A stretch of DNA of 64,000 bases from Candidatus Marinacidobacterales bacterium (lineage in GTDB: Bacteria > Acidobacteriota > Vicinamibacteria > Marinacidobacterales > DATDRI01): NCBI GenBank assembly GCA_965219415.1, contig CBDCNP010000002.1, positions 4,992,001 through 5,056,000 of the forward strand. The letters run 5' to 3'. Made by a program: the position numbers and the translations under genes. The notes beneath the pieces are model-generated. The model worked only from the letters and a program-made list of their open reading frames with translations, was not told where the DNA came from and made no database searches. Each line of letters opens with the position of its first letter. Positions within the stretch are counted from its first letter, which is position 1. Positions 1-10,270 of this stretch are shown here, in pieces.

Positions 1-764
1 TACGCCAGCTCGAAGGTGTTGGCCAAGGTGGCGCGCTGACGCTGACAGAGCGCCACCTGTTCGACGAGCTACAAGCAGAGATGGAAAGCTTCTCGACGCA
101 AATCGGGCGAAAGACCGAACAGTTGCGGCTCGTGGAGGAAGGCATCCTGGCGCTGGAAGAGCGCATTAGTGACATCGAGATGGAGATCGAAAAGCTTTAC
201 GAGAAGCACAACGTTTCGAAGGAGAAAACGGACCTCATCGAGGAGTGCGATTCCATAGCCAGCGTGCTGAATCAGTTTATTGTCCGACTGCGTAAGAACA
301 AGGTGCAATTGCTCCAGGAGAAGACGTTCGAGATGTACCGCTTGCTCTCCAGCCGAAGTGGACTCATCAAAGACATCACTATCGATGAAAAGACCTACGA
401 GGTGCACGTCATCGACCGCAACGGCCATAAAATGCGAAAGTCTGGATTGTCGGCCGGTGAGAAGGAAGTATTTGCGGTGTCGCTGTTGTGGGGACTTGCT
501 CAGACCAGTGAATTGAAGCTGCCGATCATTATCGACACACCACTATCTCGCCTGGACAGCACGCACCGCGACAACATTGTGGACAATTACTTTCCTAACG
601 CGGGCGACCAGGTGATCATTCTTTCGACCGATACGGAAATCGACGCCAACTACTACCGAGCCCTGAAGCCTCGCCTCAGCGGTGCGGGGAGTCTGGAGTT
701 TGACCAACGCCAGGAGCTAACGACCTTTCGGCCGGGTTATTTCTGGGAGAGGAACCATGGCTGA
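1..764 (+). CDS. dndD: DNA sulfur modification protein DndD, C-terminal part (5' end outside window)
   Basis: Frame is open from base 3. Coiled coil followed by the SMC/ABC signature LSAGEKEVFA and IIIDTPLSRLDSTHRDNIVDNYFPNAGDQVIILSTDTEID, the characteristic DndD C-terminus. Confidence 0.92.
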   Translation, partial: RQLEGVGQGGALTLTERHLFDELQAEMESFSTQIGRKTEQLRLVEEGILALEERISDIEMEIEKLYEKHNVSKEKTDLIEECDSIASVLNQFIVRLRKNKVQLLQEKTFEMYRLLSSRSGLIKDITIDEKTYEVHVIDRNGHKMRKSGLSAGEKEVFAVSLLWGLAQTSELKLPIIIDTPLSRLDSTHRDNIVDNYFPNAGDQVIILSTDTEIDANYYRALKPRLSGAGSLEFDQRQELTTFRPGYFWERNHG

Positions 765-2286
765 CCGGCTCTACACATCGAGCGAAGCCGATGAAGTGCT
801 AAGTGCTCTGCGCTTCGAGACCAAGCTGGAAAAAGCAACGCTCGCGCGAATTGCCTTCACTCTTTCCCTAGTCAAGGAGGGAGCCACAGTTGCGCGCAGT
901 CCGAGCTTCAGTGGCGGCGAGATGAAGCGGCCGACCTTCGTCGGAGAGAATGAAGTGTTTCTACGGACGCTGATCGCGCATGTATATGGCAAGCGAGAAT
1001 TTAGTGAGGATGAGTTCTTCTCCAATCGCTCCATGGTGAAAAACCATATCGACAGCGGCGCCGCTCTGCTGGCGCAGATGTTCCAGGAAAGCGGTCGTAG
1101 CGGTGACGCACTGATCTTGCGACTGGTAGACGAGGTGGAGTTTGCCGGACGGCGCGAGCAACTCGGCAGCGGGCTGGATATTTTCATTGGCCGGACCCTG
1201 TTGCACCGGAACGAGCTGGTCATGAAACTGAATAACACGGCCAAGCACGCCAATTCGAATTTAGCCATCATGGGCAAGCCCGGCGTCGGCAAGACACAGT
1301 TTCTACTAAAGATACTGACCGACATCCGCGTCCAGTCGAATTTCCAAACGAACTTCATCTATTTCGACTACAAGGGCGATGTCGTTGAGAACGCACGTTT
1401 TCTGGAGCTGGCGCGCGTGCAACCATTTCGACTATTGCAAAGTGGGCAAAGCCTGCCGATCAATCCTTTTATCTTGCCAGCATATGACGAGCCGACGATC
1501 AACGTATCGGCGCGCGAGAAAGCAGAGAGTTTTGCGTCGATCAACAGCAAGCTTGGGATAGTGCAAAAAGGGGCGCTGACCGAGGCGATTCGCGCGGCTT
1601 ACGCCAAAAGGGCCGGGTCGGTCGAGCCTTATCCAGACTTTCCGGACATCCTAGAGATAGCTGTTGCGGCTTACGAAGAAGACGGAAAGAAGGACGACAG
1701 TCTGATCGAAGTACTACGCGATCTAGCCGATTTCGAGCTGTTCTGGCGCCATGGCAGCGAAGGCACCCCAATGGACCGTGTGTCTACCCGCTCCATGCTG
1801 ATTGATGTACATGCGATGCCTGTTCTGAAGGAGCTAGTAGCCTACCTAGTCATCGAGCGACTTTACAAGGAGATGGCGACTCTTCCCGATAGCCCGGTGA
1901 CTGAGGGGAGGCGGACAATTCGAACTATTCTTGTCATCGACGAAGCTCACAACTATCTCGGCCAGAAGAACATCTTCCTACAGCGCATCATCCGCGAGGG
2001 GCGGTCGAAAGGCGTTGTAGTATTCTTCGCAAGTCAGTCACCTAACGATTACCAGCAGAAGTTCTTCAACTTCCAAGAGCTGCTCGAGTTCGCTTTTATC
2101 TTCCAGTGTGACGGAGTAGCCGCCGGTTCAGTGCAGGACATTCTAGGCTGCGGCACCAAGACGGCAAAAGATCTTCAGACTGAGATCGCACGACTCGAAC
2201 CGTGGCAGGTTGTTGCTCGCAGTCAAGAGAAGACCGAGGAGTTTGTGAAGTTCACTGCTGAAGCCTTCTACAAGAGCTATTCGTAG
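757..2286 (+). CDS. dndE: DndE-like domain fused to a HerA/DUF87-type P-loop ATPase (DndEi-like)
   Basis: Overlaps the dndD stop. N-terminus (RLYTSSEADEVLSALRFETKLEKATLARIAFTLSL) resembles DndE. C-terminal part has Walker A GKPGVGKT, FDYKGD, Walker B LVIDEAH and REGRSKG...ASQ typical of HerA/FtsK ATPases. Confidence 0.8.
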   Translation: MADRLYTSSEADEVLSALRFETKLEKATLARIAFTLSLVKEGATVARSPSFSGGEMKRPTFVGENEVFLRTLIAHVYGKREFSEDEFFSNRSMVKNHIDSGAALLAQMFQESGRSGDALILRLVDEVEFAGRREQLGSGLDIFIGRTLLHRNELVMKLNNTAKHANSNLAIMGKPGVGKTQFLLKILTDIRVQSNFQTNFIYFDYKGDVVENARFLELARVQPFRLLQSGQSLPINPFILPAYDEPTINVSAREKAESFASINSKLGIVQKGALTEAIRAAYAKRAGSVEPYPDFPDILEIAVAAYEEDGKKDDSLIEVLRDLADFELFWRHGSEGTPMDRVSTRSMLIDVHAMPVLKELVAYLVIERLYKEMATLPDSPVTEGRRTIRTILVIDEAHNYLGQKNIFLQRIIREGRSKGVVVFFASQSPNDYQQKFFNFQELLEFAFIFQCDGVAAGSVQDILGCGTKTAKDLQTEIARLEPWQVVARSQEKTEEFVKFTAEAFYKSYS

Positions 2287-2450
2287 TCAGGGTCGCGCGT
2301 GGTTCCTTGAAATCATCCGCACGGACTGTCCGCAGGTACTCGATAACCGGTGGACGGAGGTCTTTCCACCGAGCAGGGCGGCCCTGCCACAGACTGCAGC
2401 GGCGACACTCCTCAGGCAGATAACATCCTGCGGAAGGTCCTCGTACCCGT

Positions 2451-2490
2451 CCTGTCCAAAAACACAAACGAACTCAAGATTGGCGCGCCG
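2451..2490. repeat. 40-bp sequence, inverted copy of 17771-17810
   Basis: CCTGTCCAAAAACACAAACGAACTCAAGATTGGCGCGCCG versus the reverse complement of 17771-17810: 27-bp exact core, 35/40 overall. Confidence 0.85.
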
Positions 2491-2932
2491 GGCCGTTTCG
2501 ATCGTCATCGACCCGTGGCGAGCCCCAGATATGGGGCGTGTCGGAGGCGATGTCGGCGATTCGGGTTCTCCGTACGCGCAGGGAAAACAACGTCCAGCAA
2601 GGGGATGCCACGCTCCCGGGTGGAGACCTGGATCCAGGCCCCGGGCCGCAACCTGGACCAGAACGTGCTAGCCGGCTACGCCACGGTAGTCCTGGCCTCG
2701 ATTCTGGACCCCTCGGGTGGCCTCTCTTCCGACGCTGCACGGCCCGGTCAGTGCCCGTTCTCCTACTGGGCGCAAACGTGGCACTCGAAAATCGCGATTA
2801 GAGACGAATCCCAAAAATGAGGCCCGTTCCGCCCTTCTAGCGCGTCTCTGGTGCCACCTACCCCTGCAAAACCCCGCCAACCGCGCGGAAAATCTCATCC
2901 GTCTCTGCAGTGCCACAATTGGCCAGACTGTG

Positions 2933-3018
2933 TGGCGGAGGGAGAGGGATTCGAACCCCCGGACCTCTCGGTCTGCGGTTTTCAAGACCGCCGCCTTAAA
3001 CCGCTCGGCCATCCCTCC
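2933..3018 (-). tRNA. tRNA-Ser (anticodon TGA)
   Basis: Reverse complement reads GGAGGGATGGCCGAGCGGTTTAAGGCGGCGGTCTTGAAAACCGC...GGGGGTTCGAATCCCTCTCCCTCCGCCA: 7-bp acceptor stem, long variable arm, G discriminator, encoded CCA. Confidence 0.97.
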
Positions 3019-3424
3019 GCAATAACTTACAGGTGTCCTTGACTCTGCGTTGCAAAGTCTACAGGTCCTTAGTAGGCAAACTCAACCAGCAAAGACTTGC
3101 AAAGTCTTCCATCCCGCGCATCCCCGCGCCGATCCACGATCCTCCGCCTGCTATCAGATCGATCAGATCGGCGAAATGTTGACCGATTCTACGGGTCCCG
3201 ATAAAGCCCGCAACATGCCGACTTCTACCGTGCCGCACCTCACTTTCGAGGCGAGCGAATCCGCAGTGCAGATGCGGGCTTTCACCGGATGTTGCGGCTT
3301 CGAGTCAGCCTAGCAGGGCCTAGATGGATCAGAGGCCGGGAGATGCGCGGATAAATCGGTAGCCCAGGACCAAGATGACCGTTGCCCACAGTTGACATGG
3401 GTCTACCTTACAGGTCAATGATGG

Positions 3425-4824
3425 GAGTTATAACCAGAAGTTGTGGATCGCCTGAATGAGAAAGGCGGCGTATCCTTCCATGTAAGACAAAGGCCAAACC
3501 GGTTTTAGCGAACCGGAGGAAGGAAACGCCACCGATGCTGAGGATACAAGATCCACCGAAGGAAACGAAACATGAGGAAGTCGGGACTGCGCTCGATGAG
3601 CTGGCTCGTGAGGGGGCGCGTCGAATGTTGATGACGGCGCTGGAGGAGGAAGTCGGAGACTACATCGAAAGCCACTCTCCGGAACGAGACGAGAACGGAC
3701 ACGCGAGCGTAGTCCGCAACGGTCGAGCTCGAGCCCGCAAAGTGACGATGGGCTGCGGAACGATGGAAGTCGAGGCGCCGCGAGTCAACGACAAGCGGGT
3801 GATCGATGGAGAACGTCAGCGCTTCACGAGCAGCATCTTACCTCCGTATATGCGTCGCTCCCCGAAGGTGAGTGAGGTTTTGCCGTTGCTGTACTTGCGC
3901 GGATTGTCGACGAACGATTTCGGGCCTGCGCTGAAGGAGCTGCTGGGCGAGGAGGCTTCGGGGCTTTCGTCGACGGCGATCACGAGGCTGACGGCGAAAT
4001 GGCAGTCGGAGTACGAAGAGTTTCGGAAACGAGACTTGAGCCGCGAGGATTACGCGTACATCTGGGTCGACGGCGTTCACTTCAATGTTCGTCTCGAAGA
4101 CGACAGGCTTTGCACCCTTGTCGTTCTTGGTGTTCGGGCGGATGGGACGAAGGAGCTGCTCGCGGTGGAGGACGGTTATCGAGAGAGCGAGGAGAGCTGG
4201 GCGTACGTGCTGAGGGAACTAGATCGCCGCGGGATGAAACCTCCTCTTCTCGCCATCGGAGACGGCGCCTTGGGATTCTGGGCTGCGGTTCGAAACGTAT
4301 GGCCGGAAACCCGTCACCAGTTGTGCTGCGTTCACAAGACAAAAAACGTCCTCGACAAGCTACCGAGGCGTCTTCATGGCCGTGTGAAGGGTGCCCTGAA
4401 CGAGATCGTCAAGGCTGAGACCAGGGAGCAGGCGGAAGAAGCTCTTGAGCGGTTCGAATCGGACTACGGGGCCAAGTACCCCAAGGCTGTCGCATCCCTG
4501 ACCAAGCACCAGGACAAACTCCTGACGTTCTACGATTTCCCCGCCGAGCACTGGGAGCACATCCGAACCGCCAACCCCATCGAGTCGGCGTTCGCCACGG
4601 TGCGACTCCGGCAGAGAGTTACCAAGGGAGCAGGCTCCCGTTCGAAAACCCTCCTCATGGCCTACAAGTTACTCGACATGGCGAGCCAACGATGGCGCCG
4701 GGTGAACGCCCCCGCACTTGTCGCTCGGATACTTGAGGGAGAGAAGTTCGTCGACGGATTAAACGAAGAAGCGAGGAACGCCGCTTGACTCAGAAAGTTG
4801 ATCCACAACTCTTGACAATATCTC
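3425..4824 (+). mobile_element. IS256-family insertion sequence
   Basis: Terminal IRs GAGTTATAACCAGAAGTTGTGGATC / GATCCACAACTCTTGACAATATCTC. Flanking 9-bp near-duplication CAATGATGG / CAATTATGG. Confidence 0.9.
3535..4788 (+). CDS. IS256-family transposase
   Basis: Motifs VVRNG, LYLRGLST, YIWVDG, AIGDGALGFW, QLCCVHK, RTANPIESAF. Confidence 0.95.
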   Translation: MLRIQDPPKETKHEEVGTALDELAREGARRMLMTALEEEVGDYIESHSPERDENGHASVVRNGRARARKVTMGCGTMEVEAPRVNDKRVIDGERQRFTSSILPPYMRRSPKVSEVLPLLYLRGLSTNDFGPALKELLGEEASGLSSTAITRLTAKWQSEYEEFRKRDLSREDYAYIWVDGVHFNVRLEDDRLCTLVVLGVRADGTKELLAVEDGYRESEESWAYVLRELDRRGMKPPLLAIGDGALGFWAAVRNVWPETRHQLCCVHKTKNVLDKLPRRLHGRVKGALNEIVKAETREQAEEALERFESDYGAKYPKAVASLTKHQDKLLTFYDFPAEHWEHIRTANPIESAFATVRLRQRVTKGAGSRSKTLLMAYKLLDMASQRWRRVNAPALVARILEGEKFVDGLNEEARNAA

Positions 4825-4888
4825 CAATTATGGTCGGTGAGATCACTACCCCAAAAATGGCAAATCACACGAAGAGAGGCGGATAACT

Positions 4889-5254
4889 TTGTTCACGTGC
4901 GTTATTCGATATGAGGTTGATCCCAATAAACTGAACGAATTTAGAGAGTATGCTGAGGCTTGGATAGAGCTAATAGAAAAGTATGGTGGTAAGCACCACG
5001 GCTACTTTCTTCCTCCGAACGAGGCAGAAAGGAAATCCCTGCCTGACCCAACACTTAGTTTCCCAGGCTTAGGAGTCAAAGGACCGTCGAATATGGGGTT
5101 CGCATTGTTTAGTTTTGAAAGTGTAGAAAAATATGAGGCATACAAGCGTGATGTCGCGGACGACGAGGGCTGCAAAATAGCCACTGCGAGGTTTGACGAA
5201 ACAAAGTGTTTTACGCGGTATGAAAGGAGCTTCACAATACCGGTACTTGTATGA
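4889..5254 (+). CDS. NIPSNAP family protein
   Basis: TCVIRYEVDP..F..YA..W...I.KYGG.HHGYFLP and ALFSF.S...YE.Y pattern. AT-richer than its surroundings. Confidence 0.8.
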   Translation: MFTCVIRYEVDPNKLNEFREYAEAWIELIEKYGGKHHGYFLPPNEAERKSLPDPTLSFPGLGVKGPSNMGFALFSFESVEKYEAYKRDVADDEGCKIATARFDETKCFTRYERSFTIPVLV

Positions 5255-5294
5255 CTTAATTAGCTCTAGAACCGGAAGGCACTGCCCTCTCGAC

Positions 5295-5371
5295 GAAAGT
5301 GTGCCAATCTTAGTTGGGAATTGAAACGGCTCCAAACCCCGTGGTTTGATGGCGTTGGACAAAACAAAATC
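5295..5371 (+). mobile_element. Orphan left end (77 bp) of the IS256 element found at 10271-11706
   Basis: Matches the reverse complement of 11629-11706 with one indel and is cut off exactly at the ISL3 end. Confidence 0.9.
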
Positions 5372-6755
5372 GGGTCTACGCGGGTTCGTGTGGGTTGAAA
5401 ACTGCATTTCTGGGTAATGGCGGAAGGAAAGTCGCCACGATCTTCAGCTTGAGATATTCCTCGTCGCGATAGCCGTAGGCGCGTCGTTGCAGAACACGGA
5501 TTTTGTTGTTGACCCCTTCAACTAGGCCGAGACTGACTTTGTTCTCCGGATGACAGTAGGAGGCGATACCATCCCAATGGGACTCAATCATACCGGCGAA
5601 CTTCTGGTACGGATGCAGGCGTTGCCATTTGAGGCTGTCTTTCCAACGAGTGAAAAAGGCGCGAGCGCCGCGTTCGGTGCGGTAATCCCAGAGTTGCCCG
5701 AAGGCCTCCTTCAAAATATAGGCGGTGTTCAGGCGCCGGTTGGCCTGGAGCAACTTTTTGAGTGCGCGGCGACCGTCTAGGCTCAGGTTCTCCCGCCGGG
5801 AAAGCAAAGTGTAACGCTGCCCCTTGATGTACGACCGGTCCTTGCCGCTGAGGCGTTTGTACTCACCGCGCCGGACCTCATCGAGGGCCTTTGACAGATG
5901 ACGCATGATATGAAACTTGTCGAAGATGATCCGCGCATTAGGCGCGTTGTGAATCACCGAGTTCCGGAAGGGCTTCCACATATCCATGGCGGCCAGCTTG
6001 ATACGGGCGCTTTTCTTTCCGCCCAGCGCCTTGAAGAACAAATCGATGTCGGTTTCTTTGCGACCCTCACCGCCCACCCAGATGGGACGCGCCCGCTCCA
6101 GGTCGCTGACAATGACGCGATAGTTATGTCCCTTGCGGATGGAGATCTCATCGACACCGATGGCCCGAGGCGCCGGTAGCCCCGCCCGGTCGACCTGCTC
6201 TTGCATGTAGAGCGTATCCAGAGCCTTCACCGTACCGTGGTGCAGACGTTCCATCTCGGCCACCGCCTTGTTCGGCATATCCCGGCACAGCTTGCCCACA
6301 TGCGTCGCAAAACGCTGGGTGTAGCGCGAGTTGTTCGCCAGCCAGTCTAGGTGTTCTACATGCACACCGCCGCACCCAGAACAGTTGACGCGCCAACGCT
6401 CGTATTCCAGATAGATCCGCCAGCCTGCCAACGACAGGTCGCGGACCCGGCACACTTGCTTGTCATAGCGCCCCCGGCACCGTTGCCCACAGTAAGAGCA
6501 CACAGCTGTTTTTTTCGCCTCTTGAGCTGGATGACGCGGGCGTATCGGTCACCGAATAGACCCTTCAATCCGGCACCAACCACGAAACCTGGCAGCGCAA
6601 ACAGCGAGCGGATCGACTGGGAATTTTTCACTCGGTTAGCCTATCCTAAAAATGGACCACTTTTCAGCACCTGATGAAGTACTCGATACCTTTTCCACAC
6701 AATGAGTTACACTGTTTTTCCGTCAGAACTTACCCACACGAATCCGCGTAAACCC
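5372..6755 (-). mobile_element. ISL3-family insertion sequence, copy 1 (no target duplication)
   Basis: IRs GGGTCTACGCGGGTTCGTGTGGGT / ACCCACACGAATCCGCGTAAACCC. Near-identical to 8829-10213. Confidence 0.93.
5376..6631 (-). CDS. ISL3 transposase (short upstream ORF joined at an A7 run)
   Basis: Zn-finger CxxC...CxxC, IGVDE, AMDMWKPF, IFDKFH, VEGVNNKI. Confidence 0.92.
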
Positions 6756-6789
6756 TCTTTTCTTGAACTTGATGTTAGGTCGAGCACGC

Positions 6790-6804
6790 GCAAGAACCGT
6801 GCCT
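6790..6804 (-). promoter_or_regulatory. Putative sigma-54 -24/-12 promoter facing ISL3 copy 1
   Basis: Minus strand AGGCACGGTTCTTGC = GG-N10-GC, close to the consensus TGGCAC-N5-TTGC. An AT-rich IHF-like tract lies upstream (about 6835-6857). Confidence 0.5.
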
Positions 6805-6985
6805 CAGCTGGTGTTAGCTTCTGAGCATTGAGATGTTGTTTTGATTGAATGAGTTAAGGTGTATCAGCGGTGTGGGAACCGATGGGGGGTGATGGGAGAT
6901 CCCTACACTCCATGCGCACCACGTGTCACCGTCCAAGAGGGACCTGGACGGAGACGGTTACGGAAGACAAGTCAAAAGTTTTTCC

Positions 6986-7355
6986 TCATTCCTCGCCGAG
7001 GATCCGGAGGATCTCTGGACGATCCTTGGCAAGTAGATACACAGCACTCCGTAACCGGCTGACCGCGCTGTCCACTTGATCCATGCGCGTGGAAAGGGTG
7101 CGGTCGATATTGCCGATCCGTAAATCGAACGCGCTCGATATCCCCGCGGATGGCCGTCACGTCTTCCTTCGTCGCCATGCGTTCGCGAACGGCAGCAAGT
7201 TCTTCCTTCGTCGCCATGTGGTCTTCAACACGCCCAATCCGAGTCTCTATTCCGCCTAACCGGTTCTCGATCCCGCCGACCTTGTCGCGTATGCTTTCCA
7301 CGTTCGAGGCGAGGAAACGTAGAATATCCTCGCTATCCTCTCGTCCGTCAGTCAT
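6986..7355 (-). CDS. Small coiled-coil protein with MATKE(E/D) repeats, one frameshift near 7125
   Basis: MTDGRED...MATKEELAAVRERMATKEDVTAIRGDIERV continues in another frame as LRIGNIDRTLSTRMDQVDSAVSRLRSAVYLLAKDRPEILRILGEE*. Confidence 0.55.
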
Positions 7356-7460
7356 CCTGTATAGACCTCTCTTCCAAAGTATGTTGTCAAATTTTCGGCT
7401 CCACCGCCACCGCAGCGGAAGCGCCATCTCCATATAGAGACTTGTAACCATTTGTTTCAA

Positions 7461-8645
7461 TCAGTTGGATCGTTGAACGGCTTTCAATAGATGCTCTAAC
7501 CGTTCGGCTCGGTGCTCCCACGCAAAGCCATTCGCGTCGTGGAAAGATTTTTCAGCAATTCGAGTTGCCAACGAAAGGTCATCTACAACACGATTTATGC
7601 CGTCAGCGAGCGCGTCTGCATCTGACGGAGTCACAAGAACTGCATTACGCCCATCCTCAAGAACTTCACGCGTGGCCTGTAAGTCAGACGCAACAATTGG
7701 CTTTCCTGCAGCAAGATACTCAAATAGTTTGAGAGGCGAAGTATAGCGATCTGCAGATTCAGTCGACGTGGTCGGAAGGACCAACACATCAGCAGTCCCT
7801 AACCTCGTCTGTACATCAGCCACCGAAATCATCCCAACAAAGTCCACCCGATCACTAATGCCAAGAGACCGTGCTAAATCCTGCAGTCGGAGACGGTCCC
7901 CCTCTTCAGGATGGCCACCGACAATAACTGTTCGAACCTTTGGTATACGGGTAACGGCACGGAGTAATACCTCGACGCCCTTCCATGGATACAGATGTCC
8001 CGCGTAGAGGACGACCGGCGACTCAAGCCAACTCGGTGGTGTAAATCGCCTATTTGACGAAAGGCGAACACCGTTCGGGATAGTAATAACGTCATCTCTC
8101 CGACCAAAACGCGTCTCGAGCTCACTTGCGAGAGTTCGTGTCGTGGTCACATAACCATCCGCAAGCTTCCATACTCGCTCTTCACGCCTAAGAAGACGGT
8201 CCTTTTGGGTCGGCCTTGCACGGCGCCCCCCAGACACGAGTTCGTCCATTGTCTCGGCAAACACCGGAGCAAATCCGTGAGACTCAAACACAATTGGTGG
8301 ACGCAGCCACCGTGGCAGGTCCAAAAGTAAGGAAGCGACGCCAAGATCGCGAGTCAGAATTACGTCGGACCGATGGCATACCGAACGTTCGACAGCGAAC
8401 GCGAAATAGAGGGCCCGACGGACTGCCGGTGGACCGACAACACGTAGACGGTCAATGGTCAGTGTTGAAAGAGCTTTTAACCCGTAAAAGTTGAGCGGGT
8501 CCCGTGAGGGTCGTGCAGTATCCGAACGCACGCCCAGCAAGACTTGGTGCCCACGCGCGGCGAGAGCGTGACACGTTTCCATCGTTTGTACGCCATTGGC
8601 TCGCTCAAGTGGAAGTCGGATGTCCGAGAAATAGCGAATTCGCAC
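7461..8645 (-). CDS. Glycosyltransferase family 4 (GT-B)
   Basis: IPNGV, YAGHLYPWKGV, SPLKLFEYLAAGKPIVASD. Confidence 0.92.
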   Translation of the reverse strand: MRIRYFSDIRLPLERANGVQTMETCHALAARGHQVLLGVRSDTARPSRDPLNFYGLKALSTLTIDRLRVVGPPAVRRALYFAFAVERSVCHRSDVILTRDLGVASLLLDLPRWLRPPIVFESHGFAPVFAETMDELVSGGRRARPTQKDRLLRREERVWKLADGYVTTTRTLASELETRFGRRDDVITIPNGVRLSSNRRFTPPSWLESPVVLYAGHLYPWKGVEVLLRAVTRIPKVRTVIVGGHPEEGDRLRLQDLARSLGISDRVDFVGMISVADVQTRLGTADVLVLPTTSTESADRYTSPLKLFEYLAAGKPIVASDLQATREVLEDGRNAVLVTPSDADALADGINRVVDDLSLATRIAEKSFHDANGFAWEHRAERLEHLLKAVQRSN

Positions 8646-8828
8646 GTCAAGTCACTGGCTTCCGCTCGGTTTTGCGTTGATCATTTCGATGACACGAACA
8701 ACCCGTTCGGCCCTCTTAGAATCACCCGCCTGATGAATGCCATGATGGTGAGGATATCCTGAATCTAGTTGAAATCGGTGAGTAACTCCAATCAAGATTG
8801 TCGGTTGTCGAAGCTGGCGATCAAAAAG

Positions 8829-10213
8829 GGGTTTACGCGGATTCGTGTGGGTAAGTTCTGACGGAAAAACAGTGTAACTCATTGTGTGGAAAAGGTATCG
8901 AGTACTTCATCAGGTGCTGAAAAGTGGTCCATTTTTAGGATAGGCTAACCGAGTGAAAAATTCCCAGTCGATCCGCTCGCTGTTTGCGCTGCCAGGTTTC
9001 GTGGTTGGTGCCGGATTGAAGGGTCTATTCGGTGACCGATACGCCCGCGTCATCCAGCTCAAGAGGCGAAAAAAACAGCTGTGTGCTCTTACTGTGGGCA
9101 ACGGTGCCGGGGGCGCTATGACAAGCAAGTGTGCCGGGTCCGCGACCTGTCGTTGGCAGGCTGGCGGATCTATCTGGAATACGAGCGTCGGCGCGTCAAC
9201 TGTTCTGGGTGCGGCGGTGTGCATGTAGAACAACCTAGACTGGCTGGCGAACAACTCGCGCTACACCCAGCGTTTTGCGACGCATGTGGGCAAGCTGTGC
9301 CGGGATATGCCGAACAAGGCGGTGGCCGAGATGGAACGTCTGCACCACGGTACGGTGAAGGCTCTGGATACGCTCTACATGCAAGAGCAGGTCGACCGGG
9401 CGGGGCTACCGGCGCCTCGGGCCATCGGTGTCGATGAGATCTCCATCCGCAAGGGACATAACTATCGCGTCATTGTCAGCGACCTGGAGCGGGCGCGTCC
9501 CATCTGGGTGGGCGGTGAGGGTCGTAAAGAAACCGACATCGATTTGTTCTTCAAGGCGCTGGGCGGAAAGAAAAGCGCCCGTATCAAGCTGGCCGCCATG
9601 GATATGTGGAAGCCCTTCCGGAACTCGGTGATTCACAACGCGCCTAATGCACGGATCATCTTCGACAAGTTTCATATCATGCGTCATCTGTCAAAGGCCC
9701 TCGATGAGGTCCGGCGCGGTGAGTACAAACGCCTCAGCGGCAAGGACCGGTCGTACATCAAGGGGCAGCGTTACACTTTGCTTTCCCGGCGGGAGAACCT
9801 GAGCCTAGACGGTCGCCGCGCACTCAAAAAGTTGCTCCAGGCCAACCGGCGCCTGAACACCGCCTATATTTTGAAGGAGGCCTTCGGGCAACTCTGGGAT
9901 TACCGCACCGAACGCGGCGCTCGCGCCTTTTTCACCCGTTGGAAAGACAGCCTCAAATGGCAACGCCTGCATCCGTACCAGAAGTTCGCCGGTATGATTG
10001 AGTCCCATTGGGATGGTATCGCCTCCTACTGTCATCCGGAGAACAAAGTCAGTCTCGGCCTAGTTGAAGGGGTCAACAACAAAATCCGTGTTCTGCAACG
10101 ACGCGCCTACGGCTATCGCGACGAGGAATATCTCAAGCTGAAGATCGTGGCGGCTTTCCTTCCGCCATTACCCAGAAATGCAGTTTTCAACCCACACGAA
10201 TCCGCGTAGACCC
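8829..10213 (+). mobile_element. ISL3-family insertion sequence, copy 2
   Basis: Same IRs as copy 1. 8-bp target duplication TCAAAAAG at 8821-8828 and 10214-10221. An extra A near 9232 frameshifts the transposase (8953-10209). Confidence 0.95.
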
Positions 10214-10270
10214 TCAAAAAGAAAGGAGCCACCCTGGCCATACCAGCCATGATGCAACAGCGCATGTGTT

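Noticed and set aside
5372-10213. Composite transposon formed by the inverted ISL3 pair carrying the GT4 gene
   Set aside because: Copy 2 has its own target duplication and the outer flanks do not match, so the copies inserted independently.
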